Source: Hypanus sabinus
Lineage: Eukaryota
Direction: 5' to 3'
Length of the DNA: 64,000 nt
Assembly: GCF_030144855.1 (NCBI RefSeq)
Contig: NC_082709.1
Coordinates: forward strand, 161,014,001-161,078,000
The notes beneath the pieces were generated by a model. That model made no database searches and was not told the origin of the DNA. It saw nothing but the letters and a program-made list of their open reading frames with translations. Positions within the stretch are counted from its first letter, which is position 1. The number at the start of each line of letters is the position of its first letter. Shown piece by piece: positions 38,953 to 52,400 of this stretch. The position numbers and the translations under genes are program-made.

Positions 38953-41059
38953 ATATATAAAAAAAACTGGAAGAACTTAGTCAGACTCCCATGAAGGGAA
39001 ATGGTTTGTCGGGATTTCGAGTCAAAGATTTTCATTTCAACATTAATATCCCCAGCGAAAGGAGAATGGTTCTGAATCTTTGTATATGGTTGCATTAAAC
39101 TCTGGCAAAAATAAACTATTTTCTTTGCAAACTTGCAGTATTTATTGAATTATACTCTGCCCTACAGTATGACTAATGGTAGAGAACCTAAAACTATCTC
39201 CTCCTGTGACTTCTTACTCTTGCTATCATATCTTCACCAAGCTTGAGTTTCTGAGTGAACCAATACTTGTCCTTTAGTGACAAATCTACCTCACCTCCAT
39301 TTGCAAAGTCGTCATCCAATCTGTAATTGGTTTCTATCATCTGCGGAAGACTAGTGGTATGAAAGGTGAGAACTGGGGGAATGCAGTCCTTGTTTGGCAT
39401 GGTAGGGGAGGGGTTGAAAAGAAAAGTGTACAAAATGGAACAGGCATCAACAGTTGCAGGGGTGAAATCAAAGTTGAGGAAAAATTTGGATGTACCAGTG
39501 TAATTTTTTTTACCGGAATACTTAAGGAGCAGCTAGGGAAACTAGGAAATCTGAATGGAGTCTTTTCATGAAGTCCCAAAACGATTGGAAAATGTCCGAT
39601 AAAGAAAACTGTGGGTTGATAGGCTTTTAATGGATATTGAACACTGACTTCAGCCCTGTGATGGACATTGAGAAGTCAAGAATGGGAAATTTAATTTCCA
39701 ACAGGCTTCAGGAACGCAGGTCCAGACCTGAGATGGGTTTGCTAGAGTTCACAGTTAATTCACAAAGAGTCCTTAATGATCAATAGTTACTGGAAACCCC
39801 AGGTCAAAGTACAGAATTCCCATTAAATCCATATATAATTATGTATGATGTAATTATGTAAGGACTTAAAGGGAAAAAATAATTTTTTGTCACTTAAACA
39901 TGGGCCCAAAAGCACAGTTAATAATTCACTCTTGAAACACGAGTTCATTTTTTTCTCCACAGACCATACTTGACACCACAGAAGTTAATAATAATGACTT
40001 TATAGGGGTTCTTGGCATACTGGTTATGAAATGTAGAAAGTCAACATGTAGATAACAAACATTTTTGGAAAGAAAATACATTGCTCCTCACTGCAAGGGA
40101 ATTGGTAATCTTGGAAAACTTAATACCATTCCTGGAAACAACATGTAGATTTTGTCACCTATATCTGAATTAGTACTTGAATAAGTAAGAGCATAGATTG
40201 CATTCACTTTTGGATTAGAACTCACTATGAGAACTATAGTGAGTACTCACGATGAGGAGAGGTTTAGAAGAATAAACAGCAATTTGATTGGATAATATTT
40301 CAAGGTTCTGTGAGGGTTTAACAGGATAGATAATAAAGAGATGATTCCTCTAGTTAAAATTCCAGAAGTAGGAAAATGTAGGACATTGGACATGTTGGAC
40401 TAAGACAAATTGGGAAACTTGTTGAAGCATAGTGTTCTCTAACCTAAAAAGTGTGTGGTTAACTAATTAATGTGCTTGATATAGACTGAGATAGAAATAG
40501 ATAGAAAGAGATGGAGACAGAGGATATGAGTGACTTGTTAGGAAATTCCTCTATGGATGCCAGAGTGCTCCAGCCTCCCAAGGTCTGCATCCAAACCATT
40601 CTTATATCTGGGCCACTAAGTTACTTACAGTTTGCTAGATTTCCTCTGTCTCCCCCTCCCCATTTGCAACTCGTCTGGGCCTCCTTTTCATTTTCTATAG
40701 CCTCTTATCACCTCAGTTATCTTGCCAACATTCCATTCCTTATAGGATCGTTTTTGACCTCTGCACCGCAGTGCTTTCCCTATCTCTGTAATTGTTTATA
40801 AACTCTTCTTAACATCTCTCTGTTGCAATTCGAAAGGATGGCTCATCTACTTGAAACGTTGATTTTATCTACCTCGTCACAGAAACTTTCTGACCTGATG
40901 CAGAATCGGCTTTCTTCATCCCTAAATTTCATTTGCACTCTGAAAATTCGCAAGTCCTTTTCGGGATATATACTTTTGTGTAATTGATAAATTAACGATT
41001 AACTTTAACAGAAGATAATTATAAAATGTCTCTCCTTTCCTTTGTGAAACATACATGCA

Positions 41060-41203
41060 AGCGGATGATTGTAGTTCCGGTCAAAAACGACTGATGAGTG
41101 TCAGTGAATGTTTCCTCTACCTTTGTGCGATGATCTTATTGGGTGAAGTTCAGGAAGCTCCGCCCGCGCGGCAATTTTCACTTTGTTACATTGGAAAGGT
41201 TTG
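41060..41203 (+). promoter_or_regulatory. Probable promoter and non-coding first exon of the Cut8/Sts1-like gene
   Basis: Local CpG enrichment; ACTACA-type motif on - strand (41067-41080); inverted CCAAT boxes at 41138 and 41190; GC box and CGCGCGG at 41160-41171; donor gtaaat at 41204 pairs with the acceptor ending at 41401. Confidence 0.5.
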
Positions 41204-41451
41204 GTAAATCGTGAGAAGTCCATCATTCAGTGTAGTGGAAGGCAAGAAGTGGGTAGAGCGGGAGGGGGAAAAGAGGAATAAATTCTATGAACTGTAATTT
41301 ATGAAAAGAAAATTCGTATCAACTTAGTTTGTATTACTCAGGAGAAACTGTGAGGAAAAGACCAGACTTATATTAGGCATCTTTCTTTTTTTTATTCCCA
41401 GTAAGTAAGGTCTCTTAAACATACATTTATTTCGATTTTACGAGCATATTA

Positions 41452-41515
41452 ATGGCTCCTGAAAACCTAAGGCAAGTTTTGGTGGAAATTCCAAACCCTC
41501 AGCCTAAGATTGCTG
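41452..41515 (+). CDS. Cut8/Sts1-like gene, coding exon 1 (MAPENLRQVLVEIPNPQPKIA)
   Basis: ATG at 41452 follows a polypyrimidine acceptor ending at 41401; donor gtgagt at 41516. Confidence 0.75.
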
Positions 41516-44500
41516 GTGAGTATAAACCATGTTTAAATAGACGCGGAAAAAATAAGGCGCTCAACTGAGACGAGGCGATGGGGGAGGGAAGGGGAGAGCG
41601 CTTATTCATTAGTTTAAAATACGGTATTGTTGAAAGTCAGTAGTATGGTAATAGATTTTCAATATTACACCACTTCAATTAAATTGTCAATCAGTTTCAC
41701 AGCATTTTTCTCAAAAAATCAGTTACATTTTTTTTAATAGCAGTTTCTTTGCGATATTGGCGGGTAGACGAGAAAGCAATTTCCATCCCGCACGTTTGCC
41801 AAAAATATGATGCTTAACATTTTAAATTAGCACATTATAGATGTGATCTATATGTATTATAAATACATCGTGTTAATTTGTTAGCTAAAGTAAATTGATT
41901 ATGTTGATCATAGCAATGGAAATCGCGGGACGCGCCAAACGTGAACCAACAATTAATGGGTGTCCTCATTTAAATACAATATTGATCTCAAAATTAATTA
42001 TTGGATTTTGGATGCTATTGTAACTTAAATATATATTATAAGAGTTAACTAAAACAATTTGTACAGACACAAACATTTGGTAATGATGATCCTTGTTAAT
42101 AGTGATTGGCCGATTATAGATGCAAAGAAAATGTAAGATCAGGGTTAAAAGGAGATGTATCATTTTTATATTAAGCATGAATGCTACGTGGTTGGGTCCC
42201 CTAAACTTTTACGCCTGGCCATTTGAACAGGCCGAGAGAGATCTGTTGGCCACTTCTCGTTTTACTTTACATTATCTTCCTTTTTAAAAAATTAAATTAA
42301 CAGTGCATTAACAGAGTTTGGCACCTATATTTCGATGGACGACCTACAAAGAGTTCATAGACTGAACTTTCAGCAATAAGCAAAATTCAACAGGAGAGGT
42401 TCATGGTATCTTTCTAGAGTAATACAGCTTACCTTTATCTTCCTGCCCATGTTACTTCCCTGTTGCAGCTTGGCATTCAACTTCTTTACCATTTAAAATG
42501 TTCTGCCTTTGTTTAATGATTTAATTCTTAAGGAACCAGTAAGAAGAAGAAAAATCCAGTTTCTCCATCTACATCTATCTGTTCCAATAAAATTCTACAC
42601 TGGTACTTCGAGATAGTCTTCAGTTTTGATTTCTTCTCCCCCAGTGTTGATCCATTCTTGATGAGGTCTTTTATATTTTGTACACATTTAGTTTCATCCC
42701 CGTTTTGTCAATTAGGACTTTATTCCCTGGAACATACCTGACTGAGTAAAGGTGTATAAGCTCACAAGGGCCGTAGACAGGGTGAAAGCTGGTACCTTTC
42801 CAGAGAGGTGGTCTGCTAAAAGCAAGAAGGAATGGATTTAAGGCAAGAGTCAAGGGGTTTACAAGTGACATCAGGGAAAGTTACTTAATGCAAAGATTGG
42901 TTCACATTTGGAATTCTTAAGCCCATTGCCTCTACTGGGGCATAGGCTGCCAACAGTATCGCACCTGAGTCCTCTATCTAGGGCCAGTCTTTCAAGTTGT
43001 CTCCAAATGTAGCCCCCCTCCTTGGTGCATCATTGTTCTCTCAGGGATGAGATCTCTGGAGCTTCTGTTTGCATTTCTGCAGTCCTGGGTTTTATAGGAC
43101 ATGGCTGCTAGCCCCATGGCCAACCCTCCTTTTGCAGCCAGGCTTCTGACTGTCCATTGCAGAGTTGTGCATTTGGAATGAGCAGCCAGAAATAGTGGTT
43201 GGGGCAAGCACATTATCAAGCTGGTTTTTAAATGTTGCTAATTATATTTGGTAGGAGAGGTTTAGAGGGCTAAGGGCCGACCATGAGCAGATGTGATTAG
43301 CTCACTAGGCAACACAGTCAGTGTGAACAGGTTGGGCAAAGGGGCCTGTTTTGAAGCTGTATAACTCCATGGTTCTATAACTACCGATGTGCACATGCTT
43401 CCTATTCTATGGCGGAAAGAAGATTTTACATCCATATATTTAAAATGGGTGCTTTTCTATATCATTCAAGACCAAATGCTTTCAGCAGATCAGGAGTGCC
43501 CAGAGTTTGGTTAGCTGCCTTGAGCACTTGTTGCTTTTTGAAATGATAGGAGGAAACTAATAAACAAGCAACAGCATTAATTTTGTTGTTAATTGTTTTT
43601 TTTTTCCCCCTCTTTTAGTCCATCTTCGCAGGTCTTACGAAGAAATTCTGAGCTCTACAAGATCACCAATGCGGTTACCAGCACTTCATGCCAATGTTCC
43701 TCCAATGTCTTTTCTGAGAAGAGAGAATGACCCAACAGGTGATTGTCTGGTTCAAGATGTGAATGTTAGAAACATAGAACATAGAAAACCTACAGTACAA
43801 TACAGGCCCTTCGGCCCACAAAGCTGTGCTGAACGTATCCTTACCTTAGAAATTACCTAGGGTTACCCATTTTCTCTTTTTCTCAGCTTCATGTACCTGT
43901 CCAGGAGTCTCTTAAAAGACCCTATCATATCTGCCTCCACCACCATCGCCAGCAACCCATTCCACGCACTTAGCCACTCTGCATAAATAAATAAATAAGA
44001 ATTGGGGGGAAAAAACAACTTACCCCTGGCATCTCCTCTGTACGTACTTCCAAGCACCTTAAAACTGTGCCCTCTCGTGTTAGCCATTTCAGCCCTGAGA
44101 AAAAGCCCCGAACTATCCACACAATCAATGTCTCTCATTATCTTATACACCTCTATCAGGTCACCTCTCATCCTCTGTTGGTCCAAGGAGAAAAGGCCGA
44201 GTTCACTGAACCTGTCTTCATAAGGCATGCTCCCCAATCCAGGCAACATCCTTGTAAACCTCCTCTGCACCCTTTCTATGGTTTCCACATCCTTCTTGTA
44301 GTGAGGCGACCAGAACTGAGCACGGTACTCCAAGTGGGGTCTGACCAGGGTCATATATAGATGCAACATTACCTCCCTGCTCCTAAACTCAATCCCACAA
44401 TTGATGATGGCCAATCCACCGTATGCCTTCTTAACCACAGAGTCAACCTGCACAGCTGCTTTGAGGGTCTATGGAATCGGACCCCAAGATCCCTCTGATC

Positions 44501-47500
44501 CTCCACACTGCCAGGAGTCTTACCACTAATACTATATTCCTCCATCGTAACTGAACCACCTCACACTTATCTGTGTTGAACTCCATCTGCCACTTCTCAG
44601 CCCAGTTTTGCATCCTATCAATATCCTGTTGTAACCTCTGACAGCCCTCCACACTATTCACAACACCCCCAACCTTTGTGTCATCAGCAACTTTATTTAC
44701 CCATCCCTCCACTTCCCCATCCAGGTCATTTATAAAAATCACTTAGAGTAAGGGTCCCAGAACAGATCCCTGAGACACACCACTGATGACCGACCTCCAT
44801 GCAGAATATGACCCGTCTACAACCACTCTGACTTCTGTGGGCAAGCCAGTTCTGGATCCACAAAGCAATGTCTCCTTGGATCCTATGCCTCCTTACTTTC
44901 TCAATAAGCCTTGCAGGGGTATCTTGTCAAATGCCTTGCTGAAATCCATATACACTACATCTACGGCTCTTTCTTTATCAATGTGTTCAGTCACATCTTT
45001 AAAAAATTCAATCAGGCTCATAAGACTTGACAGTAATTGAGTATGTGTCAGGTTTGTGTGTGTGTGATCATTAGTCCAATAGTTGTCATCCAGCCATGTA
45101 AATAAAAGGCAACAGACTATTTTTTTGGGGGGTGCTGGGTTCATGAGATACAGATTTTACTCAAAAGGTCAATGTACAACCATATGAATTAAGAGTTTGA
45201 GTAGGTCACTCGGTCACTGTTTGTGATTTATAAGGACATGGGTGATCTCATAATCTTGATTGTGCATTTTTTTGCCTATTCTGCAGTAAGCTGGTATGTC
45301 CCCAGCTATCAAGAATCGATCCAACTTTTCTGTACAGGGAAGTCAAGTGTTCTTGGGTTTCAGTTAAGATTCTTCTCGTACTTCTACACACCAGCAGACA
45401 GGAGTCCTTGTCCGACCATTCACCACAAGACAATATGCACATTGCAAGTCTTGGCATAGCAAGCCTTATCTGATCTTCCAATGCTTTAATATGCTTCTTT
45501 AAATAAGATCTTTACTGTACACAGTTCCCCAGTTGTTGCGCAGATGGTTCTAAAGCACTGATATTCAATGCTGCAGCGAGTATGTCATCAGGATAATAGG
45601 TCAACAGTAGCCTTGGTTGGTTACCTTGGGGGTGTGTGTGTGTTTTTTTTTGGCCAGTGTGCTTGGCTGTTTCATCATATGGAGTGAACGGAAACTGTCT
45701 GAAAACTGGCTTCTGTAGTTCTGGGGAGCTCCTGGAAATGGGTCAGTTGCTTTGTGTTTTGTATTGAAGATTGTCGTGTAACCTTTCTCATTAAGGTGAT
45801 TGGTTCTGCTCATAATAAACTGAAGATGTTCATTTATCTGCCCCTTTCATTTAGCAGTGTAATTCTGCTCTGCCATTCACAAGATCGTGGAATTAACTTA
45901 ATGCTTCAAAATTCAAAATAAAATTTATTATCAGTAAATACATGTCACCACATACAAACCCTGAGATTTTTTTCCGTGGGCGTATTTAGCAAATCTAGAA
46001 CAGTAACTGTAAACAGGATCCATGGATAACAAACAGTGCAACTGAATATATATATAAATAAAGAGCATGAAATAACAAGGTAAGAGTCCTTAAATGAGTG
46101 TAGTTGTCTCCTTTTGTTCAAGAGCCTGATGGTTGAGGAGTAATAACTGTTCTTGAACTTGGTGGTGCAAGTCCTGAGGCACTTGTACCTCCTACCTGAT
46201 GGCGGCAGCAGGAAAGGAGCATGGCCTGGGTGGTGAGGATCTTTGAATGCTGCTTTTCTACGGCAATGTTTCATGTAGATGTGCTCAATGGTTGGCAGGG
46301 TTTTACCCGTGATGTACTGGGCCGAATCTAATACCTTTTGTAGGATTTTTGCTCAAAAGCATTGGTGTTCCCACACCAGGCCTCAATGCAGCCAGTTAAC
46401 ACACATCTAAGTTCACTAAGGTTTTTGATGACATGCCAAATCTCCGAATAATCTCCCTTCTATGTGTGGATTCATCACTGTCTTTGTCACTGCCCACAAC
46501 AGTGGTCATCAGCCATCTTGTGCGTATGTTGGAGCTGTACTTCGCCCCACAGTCATAGATGTAAATCAAGTGGAGCGGGAGGCTAAACACGCATCCCTGA
46601 GGGTTGTGAGGTTTCTAGCCTTTGTATTTTACAACAACGTGTATAAATAGTTTATACCGCAGTTCTCCCATTAGGACAAGGCCTCAGGCATTATTGAGGA
46701 GGCTGTGTAAACTGTTCCTTCTACTATTATTTTAGTTACTTACAATAAAAACACTACCTGTTATCAGAAATACGGAGAGTTTGTTGCTGTATCTTCCTCT
46801 GAGTTGGGAAATTCAAGAGGCAGAAATTCATCTATATTGCTTCATCATAATTTGTGCTTAATCTAGCTAGAGCAATTAGAACAGAAGGCTAGGGTGACAG
46901 TTTTTTTGGGATTCCATTGTACTTATTTGATATAACGGCTCTAAAAACTTCCTTGCCTTCAAATCCCTTGAAGTATTTGCATTATGTATGTTACCTACAC
47001 TTTGTATGTGATCCCAATGTCATAGAAACAACAGAGATTTTGAAAATGATATTAGTTGTTCCCCATGTTTTTGCAAAATTATGGTAGGAAATATTTGGGC
47101 CAAGTGTTCACTGTGCCCATCTGTTAATTAAATTTGTTGTGAATCAATTATGGATGATCCTTATGAAATTACAAATGCATTTTGTTTGTAGGTTGATAGA
47201 TTTACACATGTGGTGCAGCTAGTAGAGCTGGTGGTTTACAGCTCCAGTGACCTGGATTCTCCCCTGGTCTCGAGCTGACTTTGCAGTCTCCCATGTTCTC
47301 TGAGTGACTTTGTGGATTTCTTCTGAGTACTTTGATTTCCACCTACATGTCAAAGACATGCAGATGGTAGATTGTCTGTGGTGAATTGCCTCTACTATGT
47401 AGCTGAGTGAGTAGACTGTTGATGGAAAATGTGGGGTGAATCAAATACATATAGTGGAGGATTAATTTAAATAGGTATTTGGTCAATGTACATTTAACAA

Positions 47501-49431
47501 AAGCGTAAAATAAATTATCAGAAAAATTTGTCTTGATACTGATTGGAAACTTCTAAACATATAATATAATGCCTTTTGTTAGCCTTTCTGATCTTTATTG
47601 TTTTGTCTGGGTCTTGTAATAAAGCAACTGAACGTATTTCAACAGGCATATATAGATTAATATACTGGTTTCAGCTATTGGCAATTATCCATCTTTTGAT
47701 TTTGTTTGTTTTTCTTTTCCAGCACAAGATATTTCTGAAGTCTCGTCGCTCAACAGAAGAAAGTTTGGAGCTAGAAGAACATGTTCATCAACTTTCATCA
47801 GTGATAAAAATCCTTCGGAAAATGGCAGTGAGAAAGGTGTGTGTGCCTGATGCCATTTATTTTTAGTGAATGGTGCTTATTTTATGGTGATTTCTTCTAG
47901 TGTGTCATTTACAGAAAAAATAAATGTGCACACCCTAGGCACATTCTGAAATGTATCACCCAACAGAAATATATCCATGAAAGAGGTAACAAAATTTTAA
48001 ATTTTCCCTTTTCAGAATCACCTTTCAAGAAACGACGACTACATTTTAAGCCAGATGGAAATTTGCAAGTCAAACTGAAAGATTTTCTATCATCTCAGCT
48101 AGTACAGACTCTGTTGCACCAATATCCAGCAATTGATGATGAGGTATGTAGTCATGCTGTGTGAAGTTAACTTAAAACACAGCAAAAAATTTTATAAACT
48201 TTTTTTAACTTAAAAACTGTAACACGAGCTATTGGTTTCAGAATTATATGACATCCAATTATTTCCTCCTGAAACAGGACGTGAAATTGGTTCTTCCATC
48301 ATTGATCTTGAAATGTGCTGAGAAGCAGCTGGATGTAATCAAAAGCAATGTTTTTCGTTCTATACCACGATGGCGCTTGGGTTCCAACAGAGATGCCTAC
48401 TGCTATCATAAAGCACATAATCATCTTCAGGTTTTCAAGGTTTGTATTCTCCAACCAAGATGGACTGTAATTGTTTCCCTTAAAATTTCCTGCCTTTATA
48501 TTTCTAGGGTGTTACGTACCCCGTAACTGGGTGTCTAACCAGCAGAGAAAGAAGAATTCGTTGGAGTCTGGTGGTACAAAACTAAACGTGTTTATTAATA
48601 AAAATAAGCAAAAACCATATCAATAATGCAAATATACATATAAAATAAGTTAGCAGTAATAAACCTAAAAGATAGGAATAATAATAATCAATAATAAACA
48701 AGCTCTATCGATATCTAAGGGTAAATAAATTGTCATAGAAAAGTATAAAGTTCAGTTCAGTTCATGAGTGCTGATGTAGTTATGGTTGTATTGTAATTGT
48801 TGGAGAGGGAGAGAGCGAGCAAACAAGATGTAACTGCTACAGTCAGGGAAACCGTCCTTCTGCTAGACCCTTCTTCTGTGGTGGATTCGTCACTCTGGCA
48901 TGAGTAGACACACACACACAAGTCCCCACCAGCTCTGCTTTTACACTGATAGCCTTAATGACCGACCTCCTGGTTCGGTCTTTGAAGCCCCCACTTTTCT
49001 TGTGGGTTCCAACACTCAATCAGTGTCCACTGGCGTGATTGGAGGGTGTCTCTCCAGACCTGTCTTTTATCCCTACTCACGGGGACTCAGCTATCCATCA
49101 CTCCTGAATGACTGTGTCCATCAAATAAGGCCACTCCTTCAGTCCACTGAGGAATGTTTATGAGCAAACTATTGTCCTTGCAGCGAAACAGTAAATAATT
49201 CAAAAAGGTGTCACAATACGCTTAATCAGCAATTTCCCCCTCCCTCTTATCTGTCGCCGATGTTCTTGCTTGTTTTTCCGTCTCTCTTTCTCATGGGCAG
49301 CATAGCAACAGTAATTGTTCGTGGTTGTCAGGAGGCGAATGGTTAACTCTGTGCCCCATTGTCCATCAGGTCTGTTCATCACTCATAACAAGGGATACTT
49401 GTTTATACTTAATTGGGTGGACACCATCAGT

Positions 49432-49481
<50 letters not shown>

Positions 49482-52400
49482 TTCCAAATGCTGGTAACCC
49501 TTCACCCATATCCTTTATGGATTTTTATCCCTGAATGCTTTTAGTGATGCTTTTCGATTCAATTATGAAATATTTCCATTTTCTGCCTGTTTGATTAAAT
49601 ATTTAATAACACTTGCCTTATGTAGGCCATCTTATAGGCACTGTTTCGATTTTGGTTATATCTGTAATGCTACTGTGGTGAAGTGCTTTGAGAGGTTGGT
49701 CATGGCCAGAATCATCTCATGCCTGAACAAGGACATGGGCCCACTGCAATTTGTCCATCATTACAACAGGTCTGCAGTGAATCCCATTTCACTGGCTCTC
49801 CACTTGTCCTTGGATCACCTGGACAATAGCAACATCTCCATCAGGCTGCTGGTTATTGACTATACCTCAGTATTCAAAGCATCATACCCTCAATTCTAAT
49901 CAAGAAGCCCCAAAAACTGAGCTTCTGTATCTCCCTCTGATTGAGGGATCAACAGCGGAAATGGTGAGCAGTTTCAAATTTCTGAGAGTCAACATCTCTG
50001 AAGATCTATCCTGGATCCAACACTTTGATGCAATCATGACACTGGCTATATTTCATTAGAAGTTTGGGAAGACCTGGTCTGTCACCGAAGTCTTTCGCAA
50101 ATGTGGTGAGCATTTTAACTGGTTCCATCACCATCTGATATGGAGAGGTCACTGCACAGGATCTTTTTTTTTAAAAGACTGCAGAAGGTTGTAAACACGG
50201 GCCACTCCAACATGGACACCAGCCTCTCCACAGTATCGAGGACACCTTCAAAAGGTGATCCACTGAAAAGGAAGCATCCATCAATAAGGATCCCCATTGT
50301 ATAGGGCATACTGCTTTCTCATTGCTAACATCAAAGAGGAGGTACAGGAGCCTGAAGGCACACACTCAATGTTTACGGACAGTTCCTTCCCCTCTACTGT
50401 CAGATTTCTGAATGGACAGCGAATCCCTTTTTTTTCTCTCATTTTGCGCTACTAATTTAATTTTTTTAACATACACTTATTGCAATCCATAGTTTTTATT
50501 ATTATTTGCCATCACAAAACAAATTTCTTGACATATGCCAGTGATATTAAACCTGAATCTGAACCTGAAAACAGTTAAACCTGTTTTAACTGGCTAGATG
50601 CAGAAATAAAACTGAAGAGTATTGATGATGGAGGAGGGTTCACTCTAACTTTAATGATGCATCTTCCGCTGACTGGTTTGACCGAGTGTTCGGTGAAAGT
50701 ATAATTATTTTTCTTCTTGTTACATGGTCAAAGGGCTTTGTTGGTTAAAAATGTAAATGAAATGAAACAATCAATACAGTTGGCCCTCCTTATCCACGAG
50801 TTCCACATGCGTGAATTCAAACAACCATGAATCGAGAAAACCCGAAATTGGTCTTACAGCACTTGTTGTTCGAGCATGTAGACTTTTTANNNNNNNNNNN
50901 NNNNNNNNNNNNNNNNNNNNNNNNNNNNNNNNNNNNNNNNNNNNNNNNNNNNNNNNNNNNNNNNNNNNNNNNNNNNNNNNNNNNNNNNNNNNNNNNNNNN
51001 NNNNNNNNNNNNNNNNNNNNTCGGGAAAAAAATCAGAAGTTCTCTAAGTAAGTCGGAACAGTTACATCCGGTGTTATTTAGCGTCAGTTAGTCAAATGTT
51101 TGTTTTAGTATATGGTATATATTTTACCTTTCTATACATACAAAACACTTAAGAACGTATATTTCAGTGCCGGGCTTGGGAACGGAAGTTCCCGAGTTCA
51201 ATCCAGTGACAGATCGCTCCCAAGTCTTTCTCACTTTATCTTTTAAAGTTGTTCCAATCAATCGTTGACCGACTAGCCTATCGCTTTTCCAATGACTGAC
51301 GGCGTTTCACCTCTTTCCGATCACTTTATTATTTTCAATTGTGATGATTTTCATGAACAGAAACACTGCGGATTCAGAGCTCCACCACCGGGTCCTAAGG
51401 TCCACCGCATTGAGACAGGTTGAATAAGGGACTCGAACATCCGTGTTTTTATGGTACCCGCAAGGGGTCCCGGAACCAATCCCTCATGAATAAGGAGGGC
51501 CAGCTGTACTCCTTTTTATTATTTATATATTTAATTGTTTTACATGTAGAGAATAAAGCTTTCACCATTATAGACTTAATCCTGAGTAAAGCAAATGGTA
51601 GAAAAATAGGGAACCTATTTTAGGTTCAAAAGCTACTGAGTGAAGCTCTGGGCATCCTTTCCTTCTCAGAAAGGTGCAGTAAAGTTCTGATGAGTTATAT
51701 GAAATTTATTCATATCAACATAAGTGTTTCACATTTTTGTCTCTTTGCAGAGAACATGCTTGGAACAAGGAAAGCTATTATTGCAAGCAGGATGCTGGGA
51801 AACTTCATTAAACTATACGCTGATTGCGTGGCGGTATACCAGTGAGCTTCCACACTGGGATAACAGCTTCCATAATGAAAGTACACAACAGTGTTTTACA
51901 CTTTTAGCTGCTCAGGGCACAACTGCCTTACAAAGAAGCTCTCTGGAGCTGGAGAAGTATAAACAACTTAGGAAAAGGTAAATGTTTCAACATAGATATT
52001 TGAGAAGGAATGAAATTAATTTTTGGAAAGGGGTATTGAATTGGCCGTGCGTTTGATCAAACCAAAATACTCTGATGTAAATGTGAAAACCAAGTTGTTA
52101 TTAATGTTGGTCACAGTCCCAGATGGCTAACCGGGCGAAGAATCGGTATTTTTTATTAAAGGGATATTGTGACTCTTCCATGAAATTAAATAATTATGTT
52201 ACAAATAACCAATCGATTTTCAGATTGTAAAATATTTACACTGGATCAGTCTTACATTTTCAATTGTTGAGAAAATTTTAACTTTGTTTAAATATATGTC
52301 CTCATAATTAATTGTTTTTGGTCTCATTTCTCTATTGGAGCTTTTCTATATTCATTTTCATTTTATGGATTAAAAGTTTTTGTAAAATTAAAATCCACTA

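Noticed and set aside
43633-43738. Alternative acceptor cgcag at 43632 for coding exon 2
   Set aside because: Gives an in-frame TGA after six codons; the 43618 acceptor keeps the frame open
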